Shown: positions 19,316 through 30,997 of the stretch, piece by piece | Layout: each line of letters opens with the position of its first letter | Numbering within the stretch: the stretch's first letter is position 1 | Source: an uncultured Nitrospiraceae bacterium | GTDB taxonomy: Bacteria; Nitrospirota; Thermodesulfovibrionia; Thermodesulfovibrionales; Dissulfurispiraceae | Length of the DNA: 64,000 nucleotides | Direction of reading: 5' to 3' | Assembly (NCBI GenBank): GCA_963705105.1 | Contig: CAVPIW010000019.1 | Span: 1 to 64,000 of the forward strand | Translations under genes and position numbers: made by a program | Notes under the pieces: generated by a model | Seen by the model: the letters and a program-made list of their open reading frames with translations, nothing else | Told to the model about the DNA's origin: nothing | Database searches by the model: none

Positions 19316-21515
19316 CTAAGGGGCGACGAGGAAATCGACATAATCGAGATAAAGATGATCGAAGTCGATGCGGCCGTTTCTCACCGTGTCGACAGCGAAG
19401 TAGACGGAGTAGGCCCCATGGGGTAACCCGCTCGCGCGAAGCACCTCTATAGCCGGAATATCCCCGAGGGGACCCTGGTGGGCAGGCATGAGATCCTCAA
19501 AAAGGGGCGCGAAATGCCACATGTCCGGATGAACGTAGTAGAACAAACCCGCCGGAGTGTACGCAACGACCCACCAGTCTGCGTCTTCCCCGTTGTTGCG
19601 TGGGTCTTGAGGCCGACCTTCAGGGAGAGTTCGCTTGCGGTACTGAGGGTCAGCGGGCCACCAGCATCGTTGACTTCAATCTCAGGGGTATAGAGGCGAT
19701 CTGACCGGAGGATTGTGCCCCTGTTTCCCACAATGAAAAACGCGTTGTCGCTGAAGCCGACGCTTGTAAGATCGAGATCGGTAGGGGATGTTTTGACTGT
19801 CCATTGCATGCCGTCGATAGACGCCAGTATCCTGCCCCATGGGCCCCTGGCCCTGTCGCCGACGGCCAGAAACATACGGTTGCGAAAGCCACCTTGCGGA
19901 AGGGACCGACGTCGTCCGGGGCCCTCACAGTCCTCCAGCTTATCCCATCTGAGGACGTCATAAAAATGAAATCTGCCGCCATTGATATTGCCGAGCGATC
20001 CGCTCCGATGACGGCGAACACCCCGTTATCAAAGAAGAGATCCAGCAGTTCAAAGCCGGGAAGTCCCGCTGCCCTCAGGGTCCAGGCCGCACCATCCACA
20101 GATGTGACAATCGTGTTGTCATCACGCAGTGCGACGAAGAGGCCATTTCCAAAACGCACCCCTCTAAATCCGTGAAATGTCCCGGACCACCGGGGGGCCC
20201 AGCTCATGCCGTCGGGCGATGTGAAACTGACGCCTGCAGACCCGACTGCGACAAAGCTGCCGTTGCCGTAAGCAATCCCCGAGAGATCGCCTCCCGGGAC
20301 GTTCAATGTCCACGTGAGCCCATCGAAGGACGTCGAGAGACCGCTTCCGCCCACTCCCACAAAGATCCCGTTGCCAAAGGCGACATCGAAAAGAGTGACG
20401 TCCCGCACCAATGTCCCTGTCGACACGCTGCGCACTACCAGGATTTCATCTGCGGCGGGAAAAGTGATGAAGAGCATGCCGCCGGCCGAAAGTACGCGCG
20501 ATCCGTCACCACTCACGTCTGGTACCGTGTACCGGGTTCTGAGGGTCCAATTTGCCAAGTCCGGCGAGGTAAATATATCCCTGTCCCGCACGGCCACAAA
20601 GACTGCGTCTCCCCTTACGATGCCTGACGGCGACAAATCGCGGGCAGGCAGGGCAAGTCACTCCAGCGTCAGCGCTGGAGTTGCACAGAAAGGCGTAGAA
20701 GGCGAAACTTGATGCTGGAGCCGATGAAAAGCAGTGTCGAAGGTGAGTGCCTCATCGCCGGTGTCGGAAAACCGCTTCTCTCCCACGGCCCTCCACCTTG
20801 CTCCGTCCGTCGAGACGTAGATCTGCTTGTCCTGCGGGTAGCAGGGGATAAAAAGACAGGGAAAGTCAGGTCGGGCGATCACCGAGGCTACAGAAAGGCG
20901 GTTAGCGAAGGCCACTGTCGAAAAGATATCAGCATCACCCACAGCCACGCGTGTCCATGGAAAAGCGTCCTGTGATATCAAGAAGGCGGATTCGGCTGCA
21001 ACGACAAAGACGCCATTCCCGAAGGTTGCCGCCGAAAGTCGGTTTGAGGTGCCCGATTCCTGTCTGGTCCATGTCACGCCATCCGGCGAAGTGACAATCG
21101 TGCCCTGATCTCCAACAGCCACAAATAAACCATTGCCGGCAGCAACGCCCCGGAGCAAGCTGTCTGCGACGGAAGGCCTGTTTGTCCAGGACATGCCGTC
21201 AGGCGAGGTGACTATAGTGCCGCCTTCTCCCACGGCGACGAACATGCCGTTACCGAAAATACTGCCGTGAAGTGCCTTGACAGTGCCCGTGGCCCTGGGC
21301 GTCCAGCTCTCTCCGTCGGGTGAAGTAATTATGCCCCCCGTATCGCCGAAGGCCACAAACAGGTCATTGCCGAAGATGACGCTGTTCAAAGAATTGCCCT
21401 GGGGCTGCGGATTTATCCAATGCCACGTGTCGAGCGGATCGGCTGAGGCAATGAAAGCACATGTAACTATTAAAAGAAGACAGAAAAAACCGACTGATAG
21501 GCCACGGGCATCCAT
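19316..21515 (-). pseudogene. Secreted beta-propeller/BNR-like repeat protein broken by at least three frameshifts
   Basis: Signal peptide, then FGNGxFVAVG..GTIVTSPDG..WT repeats that continue across ORFs 20658-21557, 19650-20636 and 19447-19875; C-terminal domain in 19316-19546. Confidence 0.75.
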
Positions 21516-21624
21516 GGAAGCGCCTCCTCTAAAAGACAAAAAGCTGATGAAATGCAAAGTGGCCCTCGCTGCGCGTCATGAATATCAAGGGCCGTATGAA
21601 GGGCGGCGGGAAAAACGGCCCCTA

Positions 21625-21744
21625 CAGAATTCCACCGCTTTGTGTCATCGACCATACTGGCACTCGCCTTTGAGTGGTTATCTTCTGTGAGGGTTATACG
21701 GGTGTCGCCGCAGCAAGGTTTTCGGCGTTCAATACGCCCCGCCT
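21625..21744 (-). mobile_element. Truncated MITE-like copy joined to a GTAGGGGC-type hairpin (21589-21625)
   Basis: Reverse complement: GGCGGGGCGTATT..CGCCGAAAACCTTGCTGCGGCGACACC...ATGGTCGATGACACAAAG..GGAATTCTG then TAGGGGCCGTT...ACGGCCC. Confidence 0.8.
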
Positions 21745-21988
21745 CATCACCACAACCTCAACAGCCCGCGCCCTGAGTCAATGCGCAACCAAAACGTTCC
21801 CGGGATGTCTATTGCAAATTTTGAGATCGGCTGTCAATAGCGGACAGGGACCTTCCATTTGAGGGAGACAGTTGTGAGGCCAGCCCCTGAAGCGTGACAA
21901 TTATGTCTTTCCATTGCCCTCACAACTTCTATTTGTCAAGGATCAAGGGCGTACAATCATAATAAGGGGCACCTCTTTCACTTCCGCT

Positions 21989-22100
21989 CACCGACCTTGA
22001 CCTTGATGTCACGACAGGGAGAGCGGTTCCACCCGATTGAGGTCATCCTTTCAATGATGATCAAAATCGCGATTATCCTCCTGCTGGGGGCACCTGCCTG
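21989..22100 (+). pseudogene. Isolated fragment of a sterol desaturase paralogue
   Basis: Aligns with 25363-25473 (TDLDLDVT..RFHPIE..LLLG) with mostly synonymous or conservative changes and a 1-nt insertion. Confidence 0.8.
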
Positions 22101-22121
22101 CAGGGGGAGCTTAGAGTCAAC

Positions 22122-22187
22122 GGATTCAAACGTGCACGCCACGTGTTTGCAGATAGAATTTCACAAGGCATGGTAAAATCGCGAATG
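22122..22187 (+). repeat. 66-bp direct repeat, copy 1
   Basis: 65/66 identical to 24697-24762. Confidence 0.9.
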
Positions 22188-22255
22188 GCGAATGCGATAC
22201 GGTTACACCTATGTTCCGACGCAAGCCAAGGTCAGACATCATTGAGGGTTGCTTT

Positions 22256-22672
22256 TCACTCACGATTGCGTTTTTGTGCACTCCGGGTGGACCGTTTTGT
22301 TGAGTGTTCATTGAACCACCCGGCTGCACGTTCAATTGAAAGGCGTCCTGTTGCAACAGCCAGCGTGAACCGTTCAAGTTCTTTCTGGGTGCATTCCAGA
22401 ACGTACCCGTTCATGCCGAGGAATATTCCCGCAGCCGCGATAGCGGTCCTCTTGTTGCCGTCAATGAACGGGTGGTTCTTCGCGAGCGATTCCATCAGCG
22501 CAGCCGCTTTTTGCACCGGATCGGGATAGAGATCCATGCCTTCGAAGGCCGCTCCGGGCCGTGAGACTGCTGACTGAAGAAGTCCTATATCGCGAATGCC
22601 GTGAGCGCCGCCCGTGGCCTCGATCAGCCTGCTGTGGATGAAAAGAACCTGCTCCGGAGAGAGGTATTTCAC
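22256..22672 (-). CDS. doc: Doc/Fic-family toxin
   Basis: HPFIDGNKRTA Fic motif, GIRDIGLLQSAV; overlaps the antitoxin stop. Confidence 0.92.
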   Translation of the reverse strand: MKYLSPEQVLFIHSRLIEATGGAHGIRDIGLLQSAVSRPGAAFEGMDLYPDPVQKAAALMESLAKNHPFIDGNKRTAIAAAGIFLGMNGYVLECTQKELERFTLAVATGRLSIERAAGWFNEHSTKRSTRSAQKRNRE

Positions 22673-22917
22673 TTCTTTGCAAGTTCTTTCAGGGCAGGTT
22701 CGTACCGTGCGATAAAGTCATTCACCTGTGAGACGAACTCACGATCAAGATCCGTTAAGGTCGGTTTCTTTCTCACAGGTTCGATAACGATCTTTGATTC
22801 CGTCTCGTCGACGCTGACATCAACCTCGGAACCGACGGACAGACGGAGCTTTTCGAGGAATTCGGCAGGTATCGATATGCCCCTGCTGTTGCCGATGGAG
22901 ACAATCTTTCTGTGCAT
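22669..22917 (-). CDS. AbrB/MazE-family antitoxin
   Basis: RKIVSIGNSRGISIP..L..LRL..G..V swapped-hairpin signature; directly upstream of doc. Confidence 0.9.
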   Translation of the reverse strand: MHRKIVSIGNSRGISIPAEFLEKLRLSVGSEVDVSVDETESKIVIEPVRKKPTLTDLDREFVSQVNDFIARYEPALKELAKK

Positions 22918-22934
22918 GGCCTCCTCCCTGACAA

Positions 22935-22954
22935 CGTTATAACGAAATTATAAC
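22935..22954. promoter_or_regulatory. Tandem palindromes, probable TA operator
   Basis: CGTTATAACG and ATTATAAC just upstream of the antitoxin RBS. Confidence 0.55.
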
Positions 22955-22980
22955 ACAAACCATAGAGGGCCAAGCGTCTT

Positions 22981-23019
22981 TACCTTCCGGTTGCACAGAA
23001 AGGCGGGACAAAGTGCCTC
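22981..23019 (-). mobile_element. Right-arm fragment of the MITE-like family
   Basis: TACCTTCCGGTTGCACAGAAAGGCGGGACAAAGTGCCTC; sits beside the stop at 23021. Confidence 0.65.
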
Positions 23020-23020
23020 G

Positions 23021-24127
23021 TCATGTCAGGACTGCTTCAATCGGGCGTCGCAGCGACGGCGGCAGTTTCGGGCCGCGGCCGAATCGCACAACCAGATCCG
23101 GCCTGCGGCCGCCAATACCGAGAAAGGTCGCGAACTGAGCCCTCAGCGCAGTGACTTCCACCGGTTGATTGAGCATGGCATTGCGTATCCCCAGGGCCGT
23201 GGACTGGAGCGCGAATCGTTCGTAGCAACGCCCAACTTCGATCCACTGGGCTGGGCTCTCAGTCTCAGACACAAACACCGCTATGCCGGATGAGCTGCGC
23301 ACATGTTTCGCATACTTGTCGTTTTCGCTCTTTGTCGTAAAGAACAAGCCAAAGAGGAGACTGCCCAGCCACGAAGGCACGGACGGATTACCCGACGATG
23401 CCGAATACAGTCCGTCTCCTGTCCGTACCGCGTCGCTGCCGCTGAATCGGATCCATGCTTTCAATTCTTCGACAAAGGCGCGGTCGTTCATTTGAGCCGT
23501 GTTGCCCTGCACGACGTATTCAAGCACTTCTTCCATGGCCGCACGTTCAGTGAGGAGGACAACCCGGACACCATTGCCGGTACCTGCTCTCTCCAGCATC
23601 GCAAGTTCATTCGTGGAGATCGGCTTCCCATCATACTCGCCCCGGGTGCTCTGGCGCTCCGGTATCGCGTTGAACAGCGCGGAGGCAACGGCTTTGGTTG
23701 GTTCTAACGACAAGCGCAGCGTCCCCCCCGAGGACGAATCGAACATGGCAGTCCCGTTCAGCCCGTTGGCTGATGCGGCCTGTATCAGGTTCTCGGTCGC
23801 ACACCCGATCGAGACAAACAGGTGGTGGTCGTCCGGATCGACTGCGGGGCATCTGCGCGAGAAATCGGGCAAGACCGAGATGGAACGATCTTCAATGCGA
23901 AACTTCCAGCACTGGGTGTTGTGGCTGGACGGTGCCAGTGTCGCATAGCGCACAAGTTCACGCAGGACCGCCGGCTTGTTGCCCTCGTCTGCCTTGTCGT
24001 GACGCCAAGTGCGGCGCACAGCATGCTCGTAGCTGTCGGTAATGGTCCCCAATGAGCATGCCGATACGGTCGCCAGCCCACCCGTGGCCGCTATGGAGGA
24101 AAGAAGAAACTGTCTTCGAGTTACCAT
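23021..24127 (-). CDS. Acg-type nitroreductase-family protein with Tat/lipoprotein signal
   Basis: TRRQFL twin-arginine motif, VSAC lipobox-like, LAPSSHNTQCWKF, RQSTR. Confidence 0.85.
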   Translation of the reverse strand: MVTRRQFLLSSIAATGGLATVSACSLGTITDSYEHAVRRTWRHDKADEGNKPAVLRELVRYATLAPSSHNTQCWKFRIEDRSISVLPDFSRRCPAVDPDDHHLFVSIGCATENLIQAASANGLNGTAMFDSSSGGTLRLSLEPTKAVASALFNAIPERQSTRGEYDGKPISTNELAMLERAGTGNGVRVVLLTERAAMEEVLEYVVQGNTAQMNDRAFVEELKAWIRFSGSDAVRTGDGLYSASSGNPSVPSWLGSLLFGLFFTTKSENDKYAKHVRSSSGIAVFVSETESPAQWIEVGRCYERFALQSTALGIRNAMLNQPVEVTALRAQFATFLGIGGRRPDLVVRFGRGPKLPPSLRRPIEAVLT

Positions 24128-24280
24128 GGTTGGCTATCCCCGTATTGACGGGCAACATTATTCTTTCGCTGCCGACTGTATTTGATCACATCATAGCGGA
24201 AAAAAGAGGGCGAGTCAATCAGAAGGACTGGTTTTGCAACGTTTAGGGGATAAAGCAGCCGTCTTACATTACCGAGAAGG

Positions 24281-24481
24281 TATACCTTATCGTTGCATAC
24301 GCTTTTTGGAAAGGCGGGGTGTATGCGCCGAAAACCTTGCTGAGGCGACACCTTAACCGTAACAAAAAGTATCTTTCAAGCCAATGGTCGAAATATGATC
24401 CTCTTTACTCACACTCACACTGTCACTGTCACTGTTTTTTAGCGCTTCGGGCCCCGCCTTTCCATGTAACTGCAAGGTATA
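24281..24481 (+). mobile_element. MITE-like copy with both termini, inner 3' part replaced by hexamer repeats
   Basis: Begins TATACCTTATCGTTGCA and ends TGTAACTGCAAGGTATA. Confidence 0.82.
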
Positions 24482-24696
24482 TTATCCAGTCACCGCACAA
24501 AAACCAGGATTTGTTATTTTTGTCCCTGAAGCGACTGCCCACCTGTCTTCACTGGGTGAGCCGTTTCCACGAATTCTGTAACCGCAGAAATCCTGACGAC
24601 AACGTCCGGAAGAGCATCGCAGCATGTGTCCAAGATTTGGCAGCGAACCATGAAGACTTGCAGCGATAGAGAGGGCAGGTGGGGTTCGGAGCCAGG

Positions 24697-24762
24697 GGAT
24701 TCAAACGTGCACGCCACGTGTTTGCAGATAGAATTTCACAAGGCATGGGAAAATCGCGAATG
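24697..24762 (+). repeat. 66-bp direct repeat, copy 2
   Basis: 65/66 identical to 22122-22187. Confidence 0.9.
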
Positions 24763-24991
24763 AACCTTATCGGTGCAAGAGGAAATCTCGGAAACGGCGC
24801 GAAGATGACATAAAGGGTGTGCTACGACACCTTTGCCTTCCCGATGCGGTTCATTTCAGGATGACGGTTGAAAAAAAGATGAACCTTTTGTTGACACTCA
24901 CACTGACACTGACACTGTTTTTTCAGAGCACTTTGTCGCGCTCTTTGCATGCAATTGGAAGGTGATAAGTCATGATGGGGAAGATGATCCG

Positions 24992-25801
24992 ATGAACATG
25001 CTTTCAACCGATTACGAAATCTTCATCAGGCTGGGCTGCTTTTTCGGCATTTTTGTGATCATGGCGCTCTGGGAAGCGATTGCCCCGCGCCGGCGTCGCA
25101 CGATCCCCAGGAGTGCCCGGTGGCTCGCTAATATCGGCATAACGGGCCTCAACTCCCTGCTGGTGCGGTTTGTCCCGCTTCTTTCGGCGACCGCCGCCTC
25201 TGTCACCGCGGCCGACCGGGGCTGGGGCATCTTCCGGATCATGGGGTTTTCGGATCTCTCTGCGGGCATACTCTCCGTCTTCATCCTCGACCTCACCATC
25301 TACACACAGCACAGGGTATTCCACACGGTGAAGCCCTTCTGGCGACTTCACAAGATGCACCACACCGACCTTGACCTGGATGTGACGTCAGGGGCGCGGT
25401 TTCACCCGATTGAGATCGTCCTGTCAATGGTGATCAAGATCGCGATTGTCCTCCTGCTGGGGGTACCTGCCTGGTCAGTCATCCTGTTCGAGGTGCTCCT
25501 GAACGCGACGTCCATGTTCAACCACAGCAACGTGTATATCCACCCGGCCATAGACAGGATCCTGAGGCTATTCGTCGTCACGCCCGACATGCACCGCGTC
25601 CACCATTCGGTCCTGATCCGCGAGACAAACAGCAACTACAGCTTCAACCTGCCCTGGTGGGACCGCATCTTCGGGAGCTATCGCGCCCAGCCGGAAGCGG
25701 GGCATGACGCTATGAATATCGGCCTTGCGAACTACCGGAAAGCGGAAATGCTGACTCTTCCGCGATTGCTCCTGGTGCCCTTCGACGGAAAGGAGAGGTA
25801 A
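24992..25801 (+). CDS. Sterol desaturase / fatty acid hydroxylase family membrane protein
   Basis: His boxes HRVFH, HKMHH, FNHSN and HRVHH; hydrophobic segments. Confidence 0.9.
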   Translation: MNMLSTDYEIFIRLGCFFGIFVIMALWEAIAPRRRRTIPRSARWLANIGITGLNSLLVRFVPLLSATAASVTAADRGWGIFRIMGFSDLSAGILSVFILDLTIYTQHRVFHTVKPFWRLHKMHHTDLDLDVTSGARFHPIEIVLSMVIKIAIVLLLGVPAWSVILFEVLLNATSMFNHSNVYIHPAIDRILRLFVVTPDMHRVHHSVLIRETNSNYSFNLPWWDRIFGSYRAQPEAGHDAMNIGLANYRKAEMLTLPRLLLVPFDGKER

Positions 25802-26581
25802 GGTTGATCGCGGTAGATATGAGGGCGGGAGTTGACCAGGAGAGCAAATACTGAATTCACTCCCGTCAGACGCTATTCACTAAATACGATTAGTAATAAG
25901 ATCTCTTCAGGCGGATCGTGATTAGCAATACCAGCGATCCGGTCCGGATTCCAGCATAATAACAAAGCGTCCCTAAAAATGATTCTAAATGTTTTGTAAT
26001 AACAATGACCTCGCACATTGGGCATGTCTGTTTCAATAGCCGCAGCGGGAAGGAGAGCGGTAACTTTGTTTCAGAAACGAAATAACGGTTTCGTCACTCG
26101 GAGGATCACCGGAAATATTCCGGATAGGAGTGATAGCATAAACCGTAGAGGAAGTCATGATATCCAAGAAACTGGAAGAACTCTTCGTGAAGTGGCAAAA
26201 TGAGCCTAGCGCGAGCACCAACACGTCTGAACCCCGAAGGCTGCTTCCTTATGGAAAGCTGAGTTACAACATACTGGACAAGAAGGATATAGACAAGGCT
26301 CATTAAAATTATTCAGCTCAGAGACATATGCAGACAATCTAAAAGAATATAATCAACAAACCGGCTGCACTCCACTTCCTTTGCATACTGCGAATACCGA
26401 GCCTGCAATGAGCGGCGATTAAGAGTTGTCTGGAGGATCGTGCCACTCTATGGGACAGGCTCCTGGGCGGCGGAAGCGAGTAGGTCGCTTCTGGCCGCAT
26501 CACGAATTTATAAACTCCGTAAGAAAATTAAGGGCATAGAGCAAATGAATATGAGGCGTTGAAGCACTCGGTTCTCATACG

Positions 26582-27244
26582 GTGCGGATTGGCTTTGTAC
26601 CGTCATGCATATTGTCGGAAGGTCTTGATGAACTCATTCGACAGGCGATCGATTTCGATCCCCGATATGACGCTCGAAATTACCACGATAGAATGTGGGC
26701 GTGTCAACTCATCGTCGATTATGTCCGACCGGAAGATATCGACAAGTTGATTCCTCTTATAGGACAGGGAGCATACGGTTATATCTCGGGTCATCTAATC
26801 GAGGAGAGGGGAACGTCGTTAATCCCTGTTTTGCGTGATGAACTCAGAAAAGATGGCCAGGTCAATCCATATATAGCACTTACGCTCTGCAGGTTGGGAG
26901 ACGCTGAAGGGTTTGAAATCACAAAAGAGATACTTCTTAACTATGACCGCTACCAAATGTTGGACAGCCCCGTCGACTGGTCATCAGGAGCTCTTACCTT
27001 ATATGCGGAACACAATCCCGAAATCATTTTGCCGATACTCGTCGAATTCCTCGAAAAAGAGATGCTTCGGCCGAATGGTGGACATCCCATTCATATAGAA
27101 TGGGTCGTCAGTCGTTTGAAGAGAATATTCTCATATTCGACAATACAGAACATTCTTGCAAAGATACATCGTCATGTAAGAGATAACCCGTATTGGACTG
27201 CAAATGACAGAAGGATGGTGGATTATCTCTTTAAATCGGCATAA
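26582..27244 (+). CDS. Hypothetical helical protein in a low-GC patch
   Basis: 220-aa ORF in visibly AT-richer DNA; no family recognised. Confidence 0.5.
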   Translation: MRIGFVPSCILSEGLDELIRQAIDFDPRYDARNYHDRMWACQLIVDYVRPEDIDKLIPLIGQGAYGYISGHLIEERGTSLIPVLRDELRKDGQVNPYIALTLCRLGDAEGFEITKEILLNYDRYQMLDSPVDWSSGALTLYAEHNPEIILPILVEFLEKEMLRPNGGHPIHIEWVVSRLKRIFSYSTIQNILAKIHRHVRDNPYWTANDRRMVDYLFKSA

Positions 27245-27373
27245 TAATAACCCGTAGGTCCAATGGGCGGCCCAACTCTGAAAGACAGGCCTAATGATTT
27301 TCTTGAAAGAAGGTGATTAAAGTGGAACAATATGTTTTGCCGGAATGTTGAGCAAGCTAAGAAGGGGAAGGAA

Positions 27374-27622
27374 ATGATCAGGAAATATATTCAAACTGCG
27401 ATGGAGCACGCCAACTACGAGATCCTTCAGGACGACGGCACGTATTACGGCGAGATTCGGGAGTGCCCCGGTGTCTACTCAAACGCTCCGACGTTGGAGA
27501 AGTGCAGGAGTGAGCTGGAGGAGGTTCTTGAGGAATGGATTCTGTTTCGTGTATACAAGAATCTGGATATTCCCGTCATTGATAACATCGAAATCAAGAT
27601 CAGGAAGCAGGCGATTGCCTGA
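27374..27622 (+). CDS. hicB: HicB-family antitoxin
   Basis: YEILQDDGTYYGEIRECPGVYSNAPTLEKC..LEEVLEEW partial RNase H fold; coupled to hicA. Confidence 0.85.
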   Translation: MIRKYIQTAMEHANYEILQDDGTYYGEIRECPGVYSNAPTLEKCRSELEEVLEEWILFRVYKNLDIPVIDNIEIKIRKQAIA

Positions 27623-27840
27623 TGCCGACCTTTGGTCCGATCAAGAGGTCCGACCTGGTCAGGTATCTTCGGAAATGCGGTTTCGACGGCCCCTATTCCG
27701 GCGGGAAGCACCCTTTCATGGTCAAGGGGGATCTTACCCTCACCATTCCCAACCCTCATCAGAAAGACATCGGACGGGAGTTCTTAAAGAGAATACTTCG
27801 TCAAGCCGGGATCTCCAAGGAAGAATGGGAAGGGTTATAG
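27622..27840 (+). CDS. hicA: HicA-family toxin
   Basis: LRKCGF...GGKH..M.KG...IPNPH..DI...L..IL.QAG signature. Confidence 0.88.
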   Translation: MPTFGPIKRSDLVRYLRKCGFDGPYSGGKHPFMVKGDLTLTIPNPHQKDIGREFLKRILRQAGISKEEWEGL

Positions 27841-28006
27841 TCCAATCGGGTGAGGGACGGCAGCAAACCGGCCATCCCTACTCCGTCTGACAAGCGAGAT
27901 CCGTCGATGACTATCGGGAAATCGCGTGAGTCATCGGTCCGGCTTTCGCGAATAAGGGGTAGAGCAGTCGTCAACCTGAACGGCAGAGGAACCATTCAGT
28001 CCGGCT

Positions 28007-29330
<1,324 letters not shown>

Positions 29331-29359
29331 ATGTACCATAATGTTACCTTATGGGGCGG

Positions 29360-29387
29360 AAAAATGAGGGAGGCCCGGGCCTCCCTC
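29360..29387 (-). terminator. Hairpin terminator after the FMN glutamate-synthase-family gene
   Basis: GAGGGAGG-CCCGGG-CCTCCCTC followed by ATTTTT on the minus strand. Confidence 0.6.
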
Positions 29388-29410
29388 CGCAACACGCAGA
29401 AACGAATGTA

Positions 29411-30997
29411 TTAGCTGAAGAGTATCCTCTCGGCCTCTTCCATGTCGGACTCCATGACATAGGGAATACCCGTCACATCCGCAGCCTCCCTGGTGAGGGA
29501 GACGAGGTCGTTCCTCTCGAGGTACTTGAGGGCGAACTTCCTCTCGCCTGCCATCAGCTGCTGGAGACCCAGCTTCAGCCTGTCGCAGAAGGTGTACATC
29601 GCGACGGCGCCGAGGGGGATCTTGTCGAAATCCTTGCCGAACCTGTTCTTCAGGGTCTCATAGGAGATGAATATCCTCTCCGCAACGTCGCCGTGCTTCT
29701 TGATCTCGGCGGGGAGCTTCTCCTCGTCGATCCACTTCTGGATGTTCTTGCCGACGAAAGCGGGGATCATGAGGGCCCTTCCCATGCAGACGGCCTTGAA
29801 GAAAGGCGCGCCGAGCGCGAGGGCCTTGAAGAGGTGATCTTCAAGGGAGAAGCCGCCGGCAATGGCGAGATCGGGGACGTACTTCCCTTTTGCCTTGAGC
29901 TGGGAGGCATACTTGTATGCGAGTGCCTGGAGGTAGATCGTCGGGATGCCCCATTCGTTCATCATCCTCCAGGGGCTCATGCCCGTCCCGCCGCCGGCGC
30001 CGTCGATCGTGAGCATGTCCACCTGCGCATCGGAGCAATACCGCATCGCCCTGGCGAGGTCGGAGACCCTGTACGCGCCCGTTTTCAGTGAGACGAACTT
30101 GGCGCCAACCTTCCTATAATACTCGACGGCCTTCGCGAAGCCATCAGGGTCAACCATGCCGAGCCTTGAATGACGCTCGAACTCCTTGAACTCCTCCTCG
30201 CCGAATGCCTTCTGGACGATGGGATCCGTCGGGTCGGGCAGGACGATATAACCCCTGTTCTTCAATTCCTGCGCCTTCTCCATCTTCTTGACCTTCACTT
30301 CTCCGCCGATGTCCTTGGCTCCCTGGCCCCACTTGAGCTCGATGCATTCGACGCCAAGCTTCTCAACAGCGTATTCAGCAGATCCGAGCTTGGTGTCTTC
30401 CACGTTCTGCTGGAGGATGATCTCGCCGAAACCCTCATCCCAATCCTTGAAGCCCTTGATGCGCCTTTCGAGTTCGGGCGACTTCACGACCCTGCCCTTC
30501 TTGAACTGGGCGTTCATGTCCATGCCGACGACGTTCTCGCCGATGACGACGATGATGCCCGAGATGGCGGCTCCGATGGCGAGACCGTCCCAGTTATCGC
30601 GGGCGATATCCGTCGAGCCCAGGGCGCCGGTGAACACAGGCAGGCTCATCTTGATCTTCTTGCCCTTGCCGCTATTGCCGCCGAGGGTGACCTCCGTCGA
30701 AACGGCGGGGAAGATGGCCTTGTCGGGGTCGGCCTCGATGCCGACGGCGCCGACGCACGTGCCCTGGATATTGATGTGCGAGTAATCGACGGGATACTTC
30801 TTCGTCGCTCCTGCCGTCACCTTGCCGAAAGGCATCGGGTAGATGACTTCCCTGCCCCTGTATGACGACTTCCCTATCTCGCACGGACCCGGGCAGCCGT
30901 CGAGGCAGACCGAACAAATACCGGAATAGGGCGCGGGATCGGGAACCCTGTTCCGCGTACCCGTAGCTGAACTTGCGTTTGGCTGACCTTGCTTCAT
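29411..30997 (-). CDS. Stand-alone FMN-binding glutamate-synthase-family protein
   Basis: N-terminal CxxCxxxCxGxC; ELKWGQGAKDIGGE, LKTG, IDGAGGGTG and IAGG motifs; no C-terminal 3Fe-4S cysteines seen. Confidence 0.85.
   Translation of the reverse strand: MKQGQPNASSATGTRNRVPDPAPYSGICSVCLDGCPGPCEIGKSSYRGREVIYPMPFGKVTAGATKKYPVDYSHINIQGTCVGAVGIEADPDKAIFPAVSTEVTLGGNSGKGKKIKMSLPVFTGALGSTDIARDNWDGLAIGAAISGIIVVIGENVVGMDMNAQFKKGRVVKSPELERRIKGFKDWDEGFGEIILQQNVEDTKLGSAEYAVEKLGVECIELKWGQGAKDIGGEVKVKKMEKAQELKNRGYIVLPDPTDPIVQKAFGEEEFKEFERHSRLGMVDPDGFAKAVEYYRKVGAKFVSLKTGAYRVSDLARAMRYCSDAQVDMLTIDGAGGGTGMSPWRMMNEWGIPTIYLQALAYKYASQLKAKGKYVPDLAIAGGFSLEDHLFKALALGAPFFKAVCMGRALMIPAFVGKNIQKWIDEEKLPAEIKKHGDVAERIFISYETLKNRFGKDFDKIPLGAVAMYTFCDRLKLGLQQLMAGERKFALKYLERNDLVSLTREAADVTGIPYVMESDMEEAERILFS

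Noticed and set aside
24680..24710. tRNA 3'-end-like att site (minus strand GTTTGAATCCCCTGGCTCCG)
   Set aside because: No cloverleaf or CCA, T-loop mismatch, and no integrase
21989..25473. Desaturase fragment versus gene as a DGR template/variable repeat pair
   Set aside because: Mismatches are not adenine-specific (T/G, C/G, C/T occur), include an indel, and no reverse transcriptase is present
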